Source: Octopus bimaculoides (taxonomy: Eukaryota). Taken from it: DNA of 64,000 nucleotides. This document shows, one piece after another, positions 1 through 14,105 of the stretch. A program made the translations under genes and the position numbers. Position 1 is the first letter of the stretch; each line of letters starts with the position of its first letter. The notes beneath the pieces are model-generated. The model was not told the DNA's origin and ran no database searches. It saw nothing but the letters and a program-made list of their open reading frames with translations. The DNA lies in the NCBI RefSeq assembly GCF_001194135.2, contig NC_068984.1, positions 49,801,009 through 49,865,008 of the forward strand, given 5' to 3'.

Positions 1-381
1 TACTTTGCTTGAATATAGCGTCTGCTCTTAGCAAAAACTCCGCTATTACGTATGATGGAAAAATATCTTTTTCAAAACCAATTATTTCCAACATAGAAAG
101 TTTTTTTAAGAAAATGAAAGTGTTGATCTGACCCGGTTCAGGGGTGGAGAGACGAAGAAAAGCAGTCGAGGGAGTGTGGACAAAAGCAAAGAAAATAGGT
201 TAGGGGTGGATATCAATTATGAAGTCTCCGCACCCAATATAAAGAAGGGTGTATCATATTCCTAATCTACCGACTATCAGCTATTAACCTCACCCTTCCC
301 CATCACACTACCACAAAAATTATTATAACCAGTCATTCCTTCATAAAATGTGAATTATATTGTTACGGGCGTGTGTATATA

Positions 382-642
382 GGTATTACGGAGAACTGCA
401 TTATCTAACTGTCTTCTCTCTTCGGTCATTTCAAATAAAGTAGATTGCTACTTGCGGTAACTTGGATATTGTTAATAAGTAAAAGATTAAGCTCTCAGAG
501 TAATTCTGTTGCAAACGTGGTCAAGTTTCACTTTCAACCTTCTAAGGTCCTTAAAATAAATAGCTGTAAAGTACTGGGTTCAATTTCAAAGATTTCACCA
601 CCGAACACAGAATTCAGCGATAATGCAGTTCTCCGTAATACC
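382..642. mobile_element. MITE (261 bp) with perfect 24-bp TIRs and TA target-site duplication (Tc1/mariner-type)
   Basis: GGTATTACGGAGAACTGCATTATC (382-405) is the exact reverse complement of GATAATGCAGTTCTCCGTAATACC (619-642). TA at 380-381 and 643-644. No coding capacity. Confidence 0.85.
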
Positions 643-3600
643 TAAAACCTGCGAATGCAAGGGCTGGAATAGATAGATTTACTTAATCAGGGCTTATCCG
701 GGGTTCGAAAAACAACTTGAATAATTCCACAGGGTATTTGATTCAACAAGTCCATCAATTTACTACAAAAGGCTTGTAATTTATTTAGTAATTTCGATAA
801 GATGAAAAGCAAAGTCAACCCGGAGGAATTTCAGCTTAGAATTCAGTGAATCGGAACAAATGCGGAAAACATTTTTACCTGATGCACTAGTAGCAATGAA
901 GTTCTTTTTGCGAGCAAGCAGGATGGATAGCAAGCTAGCTAAAGTTAAATGTTCGCGAGTGTCAGCAGAAATTGTACAGTGAGGATCGTGTGACACTTCC
1001 TATGTACGATGACTGATTCTTCAGTGCTGTCCCTTCGCCTGATAAAATAACAATCGAAAATTCTGATACGAAAATTTAGTCCCGAATCACCAGATCCATC
1101 TTCTTTCCATCATATATAAACCTAAACAAATTCATGATTTCTTTTTAAAAACCTCGCTCTAAAAATCGACATCCAATAATAAAGTAGACATTAATTACTG
1201 TATTAAGATAGAAACTAGTGATATCCGGGTTATTATAACTGATGCATTACAGCAGCTTGTAGTCATTAACAACGATGTTCCTGGTGTCACAGATGCAACC
1301 ACTGTTCCCACACCGAAACCATTGCTAATATTTCTACTGCTCATAATACTACTGCTATTGTCACCACTACAAACAGGCCACTTATTTCTAATTGTGTTTG
1401 TTGTCGCTGCAATTTACTACACAATAGCCAATTGACTTCCTTCCTCATTCGGTTTCTCTACCATTAATGAAATTATACACACACAGTTAATGAATGAGTT
1501 TGTTAACTTGCAAGACCGGATAAGAATGGCAGTTAAATATCTCAAATCACACCGTTTTTATCATTTTCATAAATTTGTCCTATACATTCACAGTTATTTT
1601 CAGATTTTTAGTTAGCACTTGTTTCAGATGTTCTGAGTGATATAGAGTTTTCCATTAAGTCACATATTAACCCTGGTGATTGTATAAAAAACTCGGGGTG
1701 TGTGTTGTATGCGATGCATGGATGCCAGGAAAATAAGCCTTGTGTATCACGTGATGCACTGGGCAGCCAAAGGGCTAAAACAACAAACAAGGACGAATAT
1801 ATTGTCCCAGACACTTTATCAAGGATAAAAAGAATTGAACGATACAACGATTCAGTGCTAATCTGGTTTTTAAATAGCATATTCCCCACGCCCCAAATAA
1901 CACAGTAACAAATATCTTGTGTTCGCTATTTGAAAAAAATATTACTGAACTCTAATTCATTGTAACTAAGTTTGGAGGAAGGAACAGTACATATATTTTC
2001 ATAGATCTTCTGACAACGGTGAGGTTGATACCATTAACATTTTGCTTGAATTTCTGCAAGTCAAGAACAACAGCAGGAAAGACACGTGCGGAGGAGAAAG
2101 AATTCCAGGACCTGGGACGAAATCAGTGAAACAATATCTGGGTATAGTGGTTAGTGTGTGGCTTGGGGATGTTGTTAGACATAACATGAGTGATAAGTTG
2201 GAGTAAGTTTCTAGCAATCACAAGTGTCTATACACTTGATACCATCTGAGATACCAGTATGCGTAGCAGTAGCATCACCTTTGCTTACAGAGGAGCAATA
2301 CGGATCAATATTAACTTTCCAATTTTAAGGATATGCGTTCATCGGAGGAGATCATCAGTATTGGCGAGACCAAGCATTTGGACCAATTGTAATGGGAGGG
2401 CAAGCTGGATGTTGCCCGCATTTAAGTAAAGGCGAAATGAGATAATATTTTATGTGCAATACTTGCTTTTATTGTACAAGTTTTTAAATGTTATTTATGC
2501 AGTTGAATCAAACAAATACTTATACCATAAGCGTACCCCTCAGACTAAAATTTCATGATTGAGTGGGTAACAATGGTGGCCTTTTGAATAATATATTCAG
2601 TGTATCCAATAAACTTCAACAAAATTTCAGTCAACCCAATTTGACAAACCGGGCTTGGATTGGTTCTACAGAAAAAATAACCTTGCCTAAAATGATGCAC
2701 ACTGTGATGGAATCCAGGACCTCATAACTGTAAAACACTTTCATACACTAAGACAAATATACATACATATTAATACACACAAACATATACACAGTTAATT
2801 TTATTCCAGTCTGAAAAAGTAAACGTCAGAAAACCCCAGTGTAGCAGGTTACTGGATCAGCCTAAATATAACGTGTGCGCGTGCGAGCTTCGGCATGTGC
2901 TCGTACACACCCAACTACGCGCGCTCTCACGTACAGACATTTTACTTCGGAAGTAGTACTATTTCTAATGTCGAATCAGCATCAGCCACACGTTAACTGT
3001 CTATTATTTACATATCCGCGCTGTTAGCGTTGGTACTGACATTTTAACTGTTACACTGTCCATAACACACACACACACACACACACACTTAAGTATTGTT
3101 CTACGGTGAGCCAACAAAGGGAGCCTCTACGTAGTTAGTACGTGACTGGTAGAAATAGCAACAAAATCAATATCAAATCATACTCTACCGTCTTAGGGGC
3201 GTACACGTTGTATGTGGTTGTGAGTTCCTTACATACATGAATGCTTTTGATCATACATAGGCCAGAGCGATTCAGAACTGACGTAAGCGCTAAATATTAA
3301 CAGCGTTACAATGAAACGATGGAGCTTCGACGTGTTCACTTGACACGCTGGAAATAGCTGTCAAATTTATGTAGAATCACTTCCTACCGTTTTATTAAAG
3401 GACATATTGGTTGATATAGTCTGGGGCTATACCAATATTAAAAAGGAAAAAAAAAGATTTGAAGATCATTGCACGAAAACTTTTTAAACTAATTTCACAT
3501 TATGACTATAGAGAAAAAACCATGTCACAAGTTTAACATTCCTCTACGTCTGCTCTCTTGACAAATTGAAGAATTTTTCTTATCACCCAAAGAAATCAAT

Positions 3601-6600
3601 GCTTCATGTAGAACATTCATGTTTCTGTTTCGACTCACAGACCGTAACAACCCAACTGTCAAGTAAAGCCACGTAGATTGATCAATATCTTAATATAAAA
3701 CAGTATGAAGGCTAATAATACATCACAGTGATCTAAACACTGTCACGACTACTAAAGCACCACGACAGCACACCGACGCTATCTGTCCACCTGCACATCA
3801 TAACACAACTATTGAGATTCACCCCGTCACTGCACTGATTCTATCTGAAACACAGATACTGCCGCAAAACAACCATAATGGTACTTAAACAAATTGAGCC
3901 TTACTATGTTTCACAATAACTATGCGCTATCAAAAATGTCAATTAGTTCCTAGTGAAGAAAATACAATGTAAAAAGGTATATAGTTTATATTACAAGACC
4001 CAACTGAAGATCTGTCCCGTTGCATGGCAAAGCCGAACTCAAATCCACCAGTGTGCAAAATTGGTGCAGTTAGAAAAAGGTGTTTGTAAATAACACAAAA
4101 CATTAACACCAAAACCCACACAATCCTAGCCACACGATTGCATCAGCACTATCAGACATTACAATGTCACATCATTGACATTATCTGAAATTTATTTCAT
4201 ATTATGTAAAGATATTTCTTTTAAAAAAGACAACAAATCAGTTGTCAGAGAAAAAGAGAGAAACAAAGACTACTGCTTGTAGCAACATTAATAACAGTAG
4301 TTGTTTTATTATAGCAATTAAAATGTCATCTTTCAAGTTTGCAAGTTTATAAGAGGGACGACCAGAGAAACATAGTTCAGAGATAAACATAAGGACATTT
4401 AAATGGAACAGACTGTTATCTTGAATAAAAAAAAAGAATTAAAAAAATCCATTTCATGCGAGTTTTATCCAGCAGAAAGAAAATGTCACAATTGCACAAT
4501 CTGTCTTAGAAAATACAGTTATTTTATTATTATTAGAGTATAAAAAACAAAAATTATATATAAATAATGTCAAGAACAACAACAACAACGGCGTAATAGT
4601 GAACTTTCCCGGTTTAATGTCTCAGTAGTTTAATGATAGAAAATGAGTCATACTCTAATGAAGTGATTAGAAACTACATGAGAGGCTTCATTCTCAGATA
4701 AGCATATCTAGAACATGTTAACCTCATTGGAACTCGTTTCCTTACCCAACCCTGTTTGTAAATAAGTTACCAACTATCACAGATGAATGTGACCTCAGAA
4801 CTACAAGTAAAGGAATCGTTCGCTAATTCTTACGGCATCACCACGGTTTAAAACTATTTACCAATACTCGAAAACAAAGATCCCATATTTTAGGAACACT
4901 AGAAAACAGTATGAAAGAAGCGTATTAAAATTTTAACAAGCAAGCATTGACACGAGACAACTCGTTTGGTGTTACTTAGTAAATGTAAAGTACTTCATTT
5001 CAAGATTAAACTTTGTAGTGTAGCATCGAATATATGATCAATTACTTCTATCGCTCTACGGCAAGTTCGTTTCACTTGGACCGAAACTGAAATCTCACAC
5101 ATTCACAACAGTCTAAATATGTTATAATTATTACTCTGGTACTGTTCATAGTTTCGACGCAAATTTAATAGTTGAAAGAAGCCAATATATTTTTTTTTCA
5201 GGAGTGGAAAACGACCATTATACTGCATATATATATCTATAAATGAGTGGCTTTGAAGCATGCGTTCTTCTTTCAAGAAGCTGTTGCTGCTGTTATAGCC
5301 CAACTAAAGTCTTTTTCATGTGGTAGAGGTAATTTGAGGAATATTTGGTTACTATTTGAAGCATGTCGATTGACCACGTAGAGGCTTCATAATCCACTCG
5401 AAATTAAAGTGAAGGGAAAGACGTCCTATTGAGAATCGAAACTGGTCTGTGAAATCAACTTGACTGAAACTTACTTTTATCTTCATTGTGATCTTCGCTC
5501 CACATTAGCATTTGCGTGTAAACTGCATTGATATTAATGTGCTTGCGATGAAACAAACTATAATATTTATGTATTCTTATCTCTCTACACGAGACCAATG
5601 CTGGGACGTATCTTATGCACATCTGCGAATTATTGAAGTCGCTACTACCTGATAATTTTAAGAGGATTAATCTTGAGGATTAGAATTAATCCTGTCTAAA
5701 TGTCGAATTCGCAACAAGTATATACAGTGTATTTAAGATAGTTGAAAGTATCACTTTTAGTGTTGATTTGAATTGTGGTTACTTTTGTAAACTGTGAGAA
5801 AGTGAGTGAAAGAGAGAGGAGAGAGGAGAGAGAGAGAGAGAGAGAATGCGTTTGTTTTTGTGTGTATGTACGTGTTTGTATGCCTGTACATACTTGTTGA
5901 TGAGTTGCGAGTAGGTCATCGGCATCAATTTATTACCGTGCCCGATTAACATGTTAAGTATTGATTTAAAATCGTTAAGCTCAAGTGAGATTAGTGGAAA
6001 GAAAAATGACCATTAGAAATCAACAACTTCACAAAAAGAAAATAAAGACAGAAAAAAAATGGTATCGTAAGTTCGCTGGTAATCGATTTCTTTTGAGTAA
6101 ACACGATATGTATTACTACAGAGGTGCAAAGTCCATAACATCAACCTTTAGAAATTGACTCATATTTTCCTGACCCTGAAGAAATGATTTGAAAAGTTGA
6201 CTCCAGCAAGATATGAACTCAAATGCTTGAGGTCCCTACTACTGCCTTAGCTTCACCAATTACGTTCCTTTGTAAATATAAATTTAATGAGAATGTAATT
6301 TATAGTGGGAGCTTTTACATGCAGCAAGATAGTGCCATCTTCGCGAGAAAAGTTCAGATTAAACTTATAATAGGAGAATCATGTCTAGTTACGATAAAAC
6401 ACACACAATCTAAACATTTTATTGTCAAAGCCATGTCAAATCTTTCAAAAAAAAAAAAATTGTATCAAAAAACTCGTACGCAGTATATGGCTGTCCTTGG
6501 AAAGAAGATAAAACTTGAACTTAAAAGAAAGGGCTTCTGTGCTGCAATATCGAATCTAGTCATTACAGGGAAGTACCTACTAGATTACAGCAAAACATAT

Positions 6601-8144
6601 CTAGCCCAATGCTCTATTTTTCTCAGCCAACACAATTCATTAAATATTTCTACATAAATGGAATAGCAACTTTACATAAAGAAAGAACAGAAAAATAAAA
6701 GTAAAACACTTTCACATCCCTGAAATGTAGTTAGATTTCATCGCCAAACCACCGCAGTGGTTCTGATATGTAGTTAAAACAGTAGACGAGATGTAGACTG
6801 ATGATGGATAAGCAGCAATTGATATTGCTTTCCACTCGTAGAAAAGGTTAAATAGATTCTCACTTGTTTATTTGTTTATCAGGGTATGTACGAATAGTGA
6901 AATTAGTGAGAAAAAGCAGGTTTTATTATTTTCGAGATTGTATTTATTCATTAATTTATTTGTTTAGTTTGTTTGCTTGGAGTAGAGAAGAAGAGGTTAT
7001 AGTGTTGGGGAGGGGGGGGGAGTATATCTCTCGTGGAACAAGAGAATCCTGAGAAGCCTAGCTTAGAATCGTTGTAAGGTCATATTAAAAGATCAGAAAC
7101 TGAGATGATATAACACCAGATCATGTGGGAAATGTTTTTTATTTTATATTTTTTGCCAACAGAATTGCCATTCAAAATCACTGTTTTGTGTTTAACGTAT
7201 AAGTTAAATAAAATACCCGATTGACGTTGCTCACTGGTATGAGGCGGAGAGAGAGAGAAGAGAGAGAGGCGGTGGAGAGATAAAAAGATAGATTAAAAAA
7301 TGAAAGATAATACAGACTGCAACGAAAAACTACTATCTTTAAAGTTGTGTAATACACTCGACAATTGGGATACCAATAGTGTTCAAATCTATGTAGTCTT
7401 CCGAGAAAAGCAATCCGTAGTTATCAACTACTCTCCAGCAAGACCGATTCCCTAACAGGAGAATTTACCACTTTGTCGAAACGCTCCTTGATTAAACTCA
7501 GCGGAGTCGCTCGTTACAGTAAAAAACTGTACTCTTAAGATAGTAACTATTTAATATTATACAAGTTCAAATCTTCCATTTGTCTTCCATTTTTTCCGAG
7601 ACACGATAAAATAACTACTGCAGGTAAAAATAACCATTAGCTTTAATTAGAAGGTAGTATCCTGGTAAAGACGTGCTCCAGAGAATGAACGCAACGCAGT
7701 AAAAGAGAAAAACCAGGCATATACAGAAAAGTAATTTTTTTTAAACCGGCATACACAGAAAAATAAGTGTCAAAACACAAGTAACTCTTTTTTCGCCATA
7801 CTAAAACTATTTTGCTTGGAATTGGAAAGTATGGTTAACAAGTCAAACTAAATAATCTACGAAAGTTAACCACTAATAGCCAATTTTAGAATTACTGTAA
7901 ACGATATTCTAAGAAAGCATAAAAGTAAAGGAACTTAATTCAAGCTTGAGGATGAATATTCCAGGTTTTAAAATAAAATTAAACCTTCGTAGTAAAGTTG
8001 CAATATTGCCTAAACTCACCAGCCAAGAACTTAGGTGCTCTTCTCAAGTCCACCGAGTGAAACCGTGGTAAGAAAGGACGCAGAAAAATGAAAAAATTGT
8101 GAGTTGAAAAGTGAGGGGAAAGAGAAAAGTGAGAAGGAGAGAGA

Positions 8145-8262
8145 GAGAGAAGTGAGGGGAAAGAGAGAAGTGAGGGGAAAGAGAGAAGTGAGGGGAAAGA
8201 GAGAAGTGAGGGGAAAGAGAGAAGTGAGGGGAAAGAGAGAAGTGAGGGGAAAGAGAGAAGTG
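8145..8262 (+). repeat. 18-bp minisatellite (AGAGAGAAGTGAGGGGAA) x6 perfect plus partial copies, within a purine-rich tract
   Basis: GTGAGGGG recurs at 8152, 8170, 8188, 8206, 8224, 8242 (period 18); explains the LLSFPS-repeat ORF. Confidence 0.95.
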
Positions 8263-9016
8263 AGAAAGGGAAGATGAAAAGCAAAAGAGAAAAATATGTG
8301 AGACGTAAAAGGACGTAAGAGGGAGAAAGAGGGCTAGGGCAAGAAATAAATAAATAAAGAAAGAAAGAAAAACAAACGGGAAAATAGATTTGATAAGAAA
8401 TACGGCTATTACAGCATTTGTGTTTCAATTCTATTACATCAATACTGTTTTATTTGAATTTTATTACATCAATGCCTTATTTCAGTTCAATAATGTTTTA
8501 TTTCGGTTCTATTTAATAACATTCAAGAGAAAAGTGCAATATAGATTGCAACTGTACATGCTTCTCTCCGAATCTATTTTCTCTTATTGCATCGCTAGAT
8601 ATTTTCAATCTTACAAGCTCTCGCTTGCTCGTTCCACTGAGAAACATTGTAATATCATGCTAATGTAAGAAATTATATTAGGATTTTTTTTTTAATACAT
8701 TTTGCACTTGTACAAAAGTTTCAACGGAAGTAGAAAAGAGGAAGTTTGCTAAACTGCCACTCACATACACAGTCAACATGCAAATAACACAATGCGCACA
8801 AGATTTCTAGAGTGTGCATTATGATACGCGATTTAGATACATGAAAATTAATTTTAAAAATACGTCCTCAACACAATCTAAAGCGCGAGTAAGCAAAGAG
8901 TGGATGAATAATGAAAGGACTGAAAGAGAAGACAGTGAGATGTTAATACTAATTACATTAGAAATTTATTAAAACTTGAATCTACCACCGTGCATCAAAT
9001 AGATAAGGAGAAATAA

Positions 9017-9216
9017 TTCTACTATAGGCACAAGGCCTCAAATTTTGATGAAGGGGGATAGTCGATAACATCGACCCCAATACTCAACTGGTACTTATCG
9101 ATCTCAAAAAGAGGAAGGGAAAAGTCGACCTCGGCGACATTTGAACTCAGAACATAGAGCTAGAAGAAATACCGCTAAGCATTTCATCTGGTGTGCTAAC
9201 GCCTGTCAGCTCACCA
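9017..9216 (-). mobile_element. SINE family C (tRNA head plus Meta-domain-like core)
   Basis: Minus strand has B-box-like GAGTTCAAAT, then gtcgacttt...cctctttttgagatcgataagtaccagttgagtattggggtcgatg; tail ggccttgtgcctatagtagaa. Confidence 0.85.
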
Positions 9217-9787
9217 CTATATGTGATTTATAGAACAGTCTGACAGTAAATCTATCTGGAAGACGCTTAGAGGTCATAGACATGAGATTTTAACAAGAGG
9301 TTCTCATGCCAGATATGGTCGAAAGTTTTGCTGATCTCCAGGATAGCAATACGACTTTTCTCCCCAAATGTCTAGTGATGCGAAAGAATAAACCTGTGGT
9401 TGATCTGTCTTTATCAAGTCATATTGGTTGTCAGTGAAGAAAGAAAGAGATTCAAGAGATTCGCATTCTGAAATTTTGAAATGCATCTGCTAAGACGATA
9501 GTGGGTAGGTTTAAAGTGATTGCCTTTCTTCAGAATAGATTACATTGTAGGGCTTTTCCAACAATCCGGATATATTTGTCCAGAAATACAAAGATTGACA
9601 AGATTTGTGAGGAAAGGTAGTTACTCTAAAAATACATTGTTAGATAGTAAATGAAGATTAATAATTACTTCTGGTTGATTCAGATCAACAAGACCACAAA
9701 CCTTGACATAAATAATATATGAGGTGTTGAAGAGGAAAGAGATAGACGTGAAGGAGTACTACTTATAAAATCTTTATGATTGGATAT

Positions 9788-10118
9788 TCTTTTATTTCAG
9801 TCATTTGACCGTGGCCATGCTAGAGCACCACCTTTAGTCGAGCAAATTGACCCCAAGACTTATTCTTTGTAAGCCTAGTACTCATTCTATCAGTTTCTTT
9901 TGCCGAGCCGCTGTATTTGTCAAGTGATGGTGGGGTGGGGGACAAAAACATACATACATATATATATACGGGCTTCTTTCAGTTTCCGTCTACCAAATCC
10001 ACTCACAAGGCTTTAGTCGGCCCAAGGCTATAATAGAAGACACTTGCCCAAAGTACCACGCAGTGGACCCGAACTCGAAACCATGTGGTTGGTAAGCACA
10101 TAGCTACTCCTGCACCTA
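9788..10118 (-). mobile_element. SINE family B (tRNA head, CORE-like domain, internal microsatellite), with internal deletions
   Basis: Reverse complement of the 15041 copy: ttgggcaagtgtcttctattatagcc...gtggatttggtagacggaaactgaaagaagcccg. Confidence 0.88.
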
Positions 10119-13100
10119 TAGTAAACAATTTTGCAAAATTCTCCTTGCTTCCATTTCTCAAACAGGTTCGGTTGTAATTTGGAAGGTAGGAGAGCTTGTG
10201 GGCACTGCTATGCACGAAGGCATCTTCCCGATCTCGGTGATGGTTTTGCAAGACTTACAGCTGTAGCTAAAGCTGTAAAGAGTTTGTACTAGACTTGCCG
10301 TTGCGGAAACAATCTCTGCTCTATCATAGGAAATATAGAATATACTCCCTCCAACTATAGTTTAGCCACAAGATAGCAAAGTTCCAACTGTGACTACTGT
10401 CGTTTTCAGCCGCATTGTATGAAAGTTTATATTATATTTTTTAAGATGGCAGAGTAACGTGGATATTTGGTGTCAATTTCTAGTAGGTCAAAGGACCATC
10501 TAAGAGGCTCCAGACGTTGATTCTTTGACTACTTCCAGATTAAAATCTTGATTGTGCAGAACTACGATCAACTGCATTCATTTCTTTTCAGACATAATGT
10601 ATCCAAAGCCATATTATCTAACATGTACCTCATTCCATCACCACTGACTTAGGACACTAGAGTTTGTAATCAGACTGTATTTTGTTTCTGGTTCAAGCAA
10701 CTCGAATGATCACGTTGGGAACCTGTTATTGTATCTAATGATGGGATTTATCTCATTAGTGAATTTTACTTAGCCAGTAGTTGGAAACAAGCCATTTTAA
10801 GGGACTAATTAATGAAAGCAAAACGAAAATAATATTTGTACTCATTTCAAAAACATTGCTTTTAAGATTGGCAGGCAATAAATTTGTAGCAAAGAATCGT
10901 TCCTACTGGTCCATTGCTATTAATCAGTCAACGATGCGGCCACTTCACCTACGAAAAATAGCAGTTAAATTTTCAAATCATACATTACCATCTCAAAAAT
11001 GCAATGACATAAGATAATTCCGTAATAAACGAGATGGCCACGAATGCAATACTTTTGATCATCAAATTGGAAATTTGAAAATAAAAGTAAAAGTCAACTC
11101 AAACCTTTTGTCTAACACAGTAATTGTTTCGGTTTAACAATAAGCACAGAGTCTACAGTGTAATGAATGACATGACGAATATGAAGTGGCAATGTCCTTG
11201 CCTTTCCATGTAGCAAGAAAAGTTTTAAGTAGTTTCTTTCAGGAAACAAAAGTCACATTACAAAGTCGATACGCCACAAGCATAGAATATAATTCAATAT
11301 CAACCTGAAAGGAAGTAGAGAGGAAAAGGAAGGAAAAAAGGACTGACTTCCGGTCAAAAGCAAGCAAAGGGAATTGAAAAAATACTGAAGAATAATAGCT
11401 TCGCTCTTGACACTAATTAGAGTAACAGAGGTTATATGAAGAGAAAGACAGTGGATGGTTTGGTTGTTAGTGGTAGTGACAGCAGTAGATTGTATGTAGA
11501 TGTCTGTGAATCTCGCGGGCAGGAATAGTATAGTAGGGAGATATATATAGAGAGATGAAATAGAAACAAAAGGATATTCACGTGACATTTATTACAGTTG
11601 GTCATACTTGCATCAGGTCAGCGAGTGGTGTCAACAAAGTACATATTCAAGAAGTGCCGAAATGTAGGGTTGTAGTGAGATGGATAATGATAGCGGTGGC
11701 TGTGATGGTGAAGTTTGGTTGCTGTTTAGCCACAAGTCAGGCTAGGAAAAAAGACCTATGATTAGAGATGTCCCAGCCGCAAACATCCAGGCTGATATTC
11801 AGACATATATTAAGATCAACCTTATCTGCTGTGGAAGCGAGATTCTGCTATGTATTTCAAGTCCATTAGACTGAGGAGTGCCAATGGCTCATATAATGGT
11901 GAATACTGCACAGTTATATTGATGTGCAGGGGAATTGAAGCAAAGCTGTTGGAGGATATTGCGATTATTTCTATGATAATGATGGGTTATATCATGGCCG
12001 GCAGAATCTTTAGAGCGTCGGCAAAAATGCATTGCAGTATTCTTTAAGTTTTCTAATCAAATACTGACGCGGTTAACTTTGACTTTCATCTTTCGGGGTC
12101 GATAAAATAAAATACTAGACAAGTACTGGCATTGATGGTATCAGCTAACCCCGCCTTATGTGCAAACCGGAAGCCATACTGTCATAGATTTATCCATAGT
12201 TAACCTGCGCAGAGTGAAGCTGTAGTCAAAGCTATTCCGTGTATGACCACAACGTCCTTTATTTTCAGACATACTGTATCTATAATATTTTTCAATGCAG
12301 TCTTTCTTTGGGAAGGCATGGTGTGATATGAGGGATATTTAACTTATTTCTAGTGACGGCATAGAGACTCGATCGTTTATCAAATGAAAGTCATTATTGC
12401 AGTAATTATTACTGATGGCAATTTGGGTTGTTAACTCAGTTATGCTACAGATTATTACATCAATGGCAGTTGAGGGTATTACTGTGAAGATGCAGATAAT
12501 AGCATTAAATATGCTTATTGAATATGTAGTGAAGGTGTCACCATTTCTGGCTTACCTCGTCAAATCACGGACATCAACAAGAGTTAACGAGCGACTCCCT
12601 ACGTGGCGAGTCGATATACAAGATGTAGCAGCTAAAACTTCAAATCACACCAACAGTCTTTAAAAAAAATGGAGGGCATTGAATAATGAAGTTAGATTCA
12701 CTAAACAAAATATGGAATTATGGTTGGAAAGCTTCTAATCATAGGCTTGCTCATTCATTAAAGCTGGGGGAGGGGTAATTAACCATAACTGACATCTCTT
12801 AAGTAGAAACAGATTTCAATGTATATATCTTATATTTTTAAAAGACATTTTGAACAATCAAACTACATTACATAAGGTAGCGTATTCCTGCTACTTCTGC
12901 AATCGTTGAACAATTCTAAAGAATGGTCATTCATATCCTAGAACATGTGTTACCCAACGTGATGGAGAAGGCATTTTCATTTTCCTTTTCTTCAGTACAA
13001 TAATAATATTGAATAAAACAAAAGAGAAATAGAAGTAGAGAAAGTGTGAAGTGGATAGGTGGAAATGTCGAGGAGGATATCACCAATAGTGGCTAAGCTA

Positions 13101-13545
13101 TACACAATTTAAACTTTTGCTGTTTTTGTTAAAAACCGAGTGTATAATATTTGCAGGGAATGTCTGATTTTGCTTTGCTTTCTTTTTTATTGTGTGCCTT
13201 ATTTTTTGTCCATCAGTTCTTTCATACTATAAATCTGTTTATTCGATTTATTAGCATTTATTCAATTCTAATTCTACCCATGAGATTTCCAAGTTTTATG
13301 AAAGTTCATCTTTTTGTTATGAAGCACAAATTTATAGAGTCATCTAACGCTGTTTTGTAATACTAAAATTTTAAATCAGGTCTTCAATTTCACTGCATGA
13401 ACATCTGAACGCATGTCGTAACAAGCTGAATAAAAATATAGATTCTTCCCGACTTATTTATGTAGAATTTCCTTTATGAGTCGGCAAATATCGCCGAAAC
13501 AGGTAACCATAAGCAAATTACCTGTTTAATCGACACTTAGAAGTA

Positions 13546-14105
13546 TAGGGTCCGGTAAAATGATCTGACACATTTTTGGATTTAAAAAAAAAAAAGGAAA
13601 AAAAAGAAACAAAAAAAATAATTTATTTTTGAAAAGTGCCATTTTGTTTCATTTGGTTTTTAAAATTAAATCAGTCAAATGGGAGCCGTCATTGTCCACA
13701 CACTGTCGAAGGCGTTCATGAAAGTTGTCCATAACTCGGCGGATCATTTCATGAGGAATGGCAGCAATTTCTTGACGAATGGCATCTTTAAGTTGTTCAA
13801 TAGATCGAGGGCGATTAATGTATACCTTTGACTTGAGGTATCCCAAGAGGAAAAAATCGCAAGGATTTAAATCAGGTGATCGGGCGGGCCAACCGATGTC
13901 ACCACTCAATGAGGTTAAATGACCAGGAAACATCTCCCTCAAAATTCCCATCGCACGTCGAGAAGTCTGGGCTGTTGCCCCATCCTGTTGAAACCAAGCA
14001 TTTTCCGTATCGTGGAGCATATTCAATTTGGGTCTGAGAAAATTCTCTAGCATCTCACAATATCGATCTGACTACAAATGTGTCAGATCATTTTGCCGGA
14101 CCCTG
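13546..14105 (-). mobile_element. Internally deleted Tc1/mariner element, DD41D (rosa-type), with both TIRs
   Basis: 30-bp TIRs (c/t)AGGGTCCGG(c/t)AAAATGATCTGACACATTT at 13546-13575 and 14076-14105 (2 mismatches), TA on both sides. Contains a transposase C-terminal ORF. Confidence 0.93.
13649..14053 (-). pseudogene. C-terminal half of a DD41D transposase (134 aa, N-terminus deleted)
   Basis: WFQQDGATA...WPARSPDLNPCDFFLLGYLKSKVY; 41 residues counted between the 2nd and 3rd catalytic Asp. First Asp and DNA-binding domain are absent. Confidence 0.92.

Noticed and set aside
1608-1927. Hydrophobic minus-strand ORF with a possible acceptor, considered as a late SLCO exon
   Set aside because: Lacks diagnostic C-terminal OATP motifs (PGPILFG..ID..C..W...C...G.C..Y); the resemblance is only hydrophobicity.
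6223-6657. 144-aa plus-strand ORF (also 43651-43998 and 22949-23449)
   Set aside because: No recognisable domain; near-cognate starts; AT-rich or SINE/microsatellite composition consistent with chance ORFs.
12556-12657. Exon-like segment with strong donor GAG|GTAAGC
   Set aside because: Overlaps repeat D and has stops in all three frames from the main acceptor; at most a cryptic exon.
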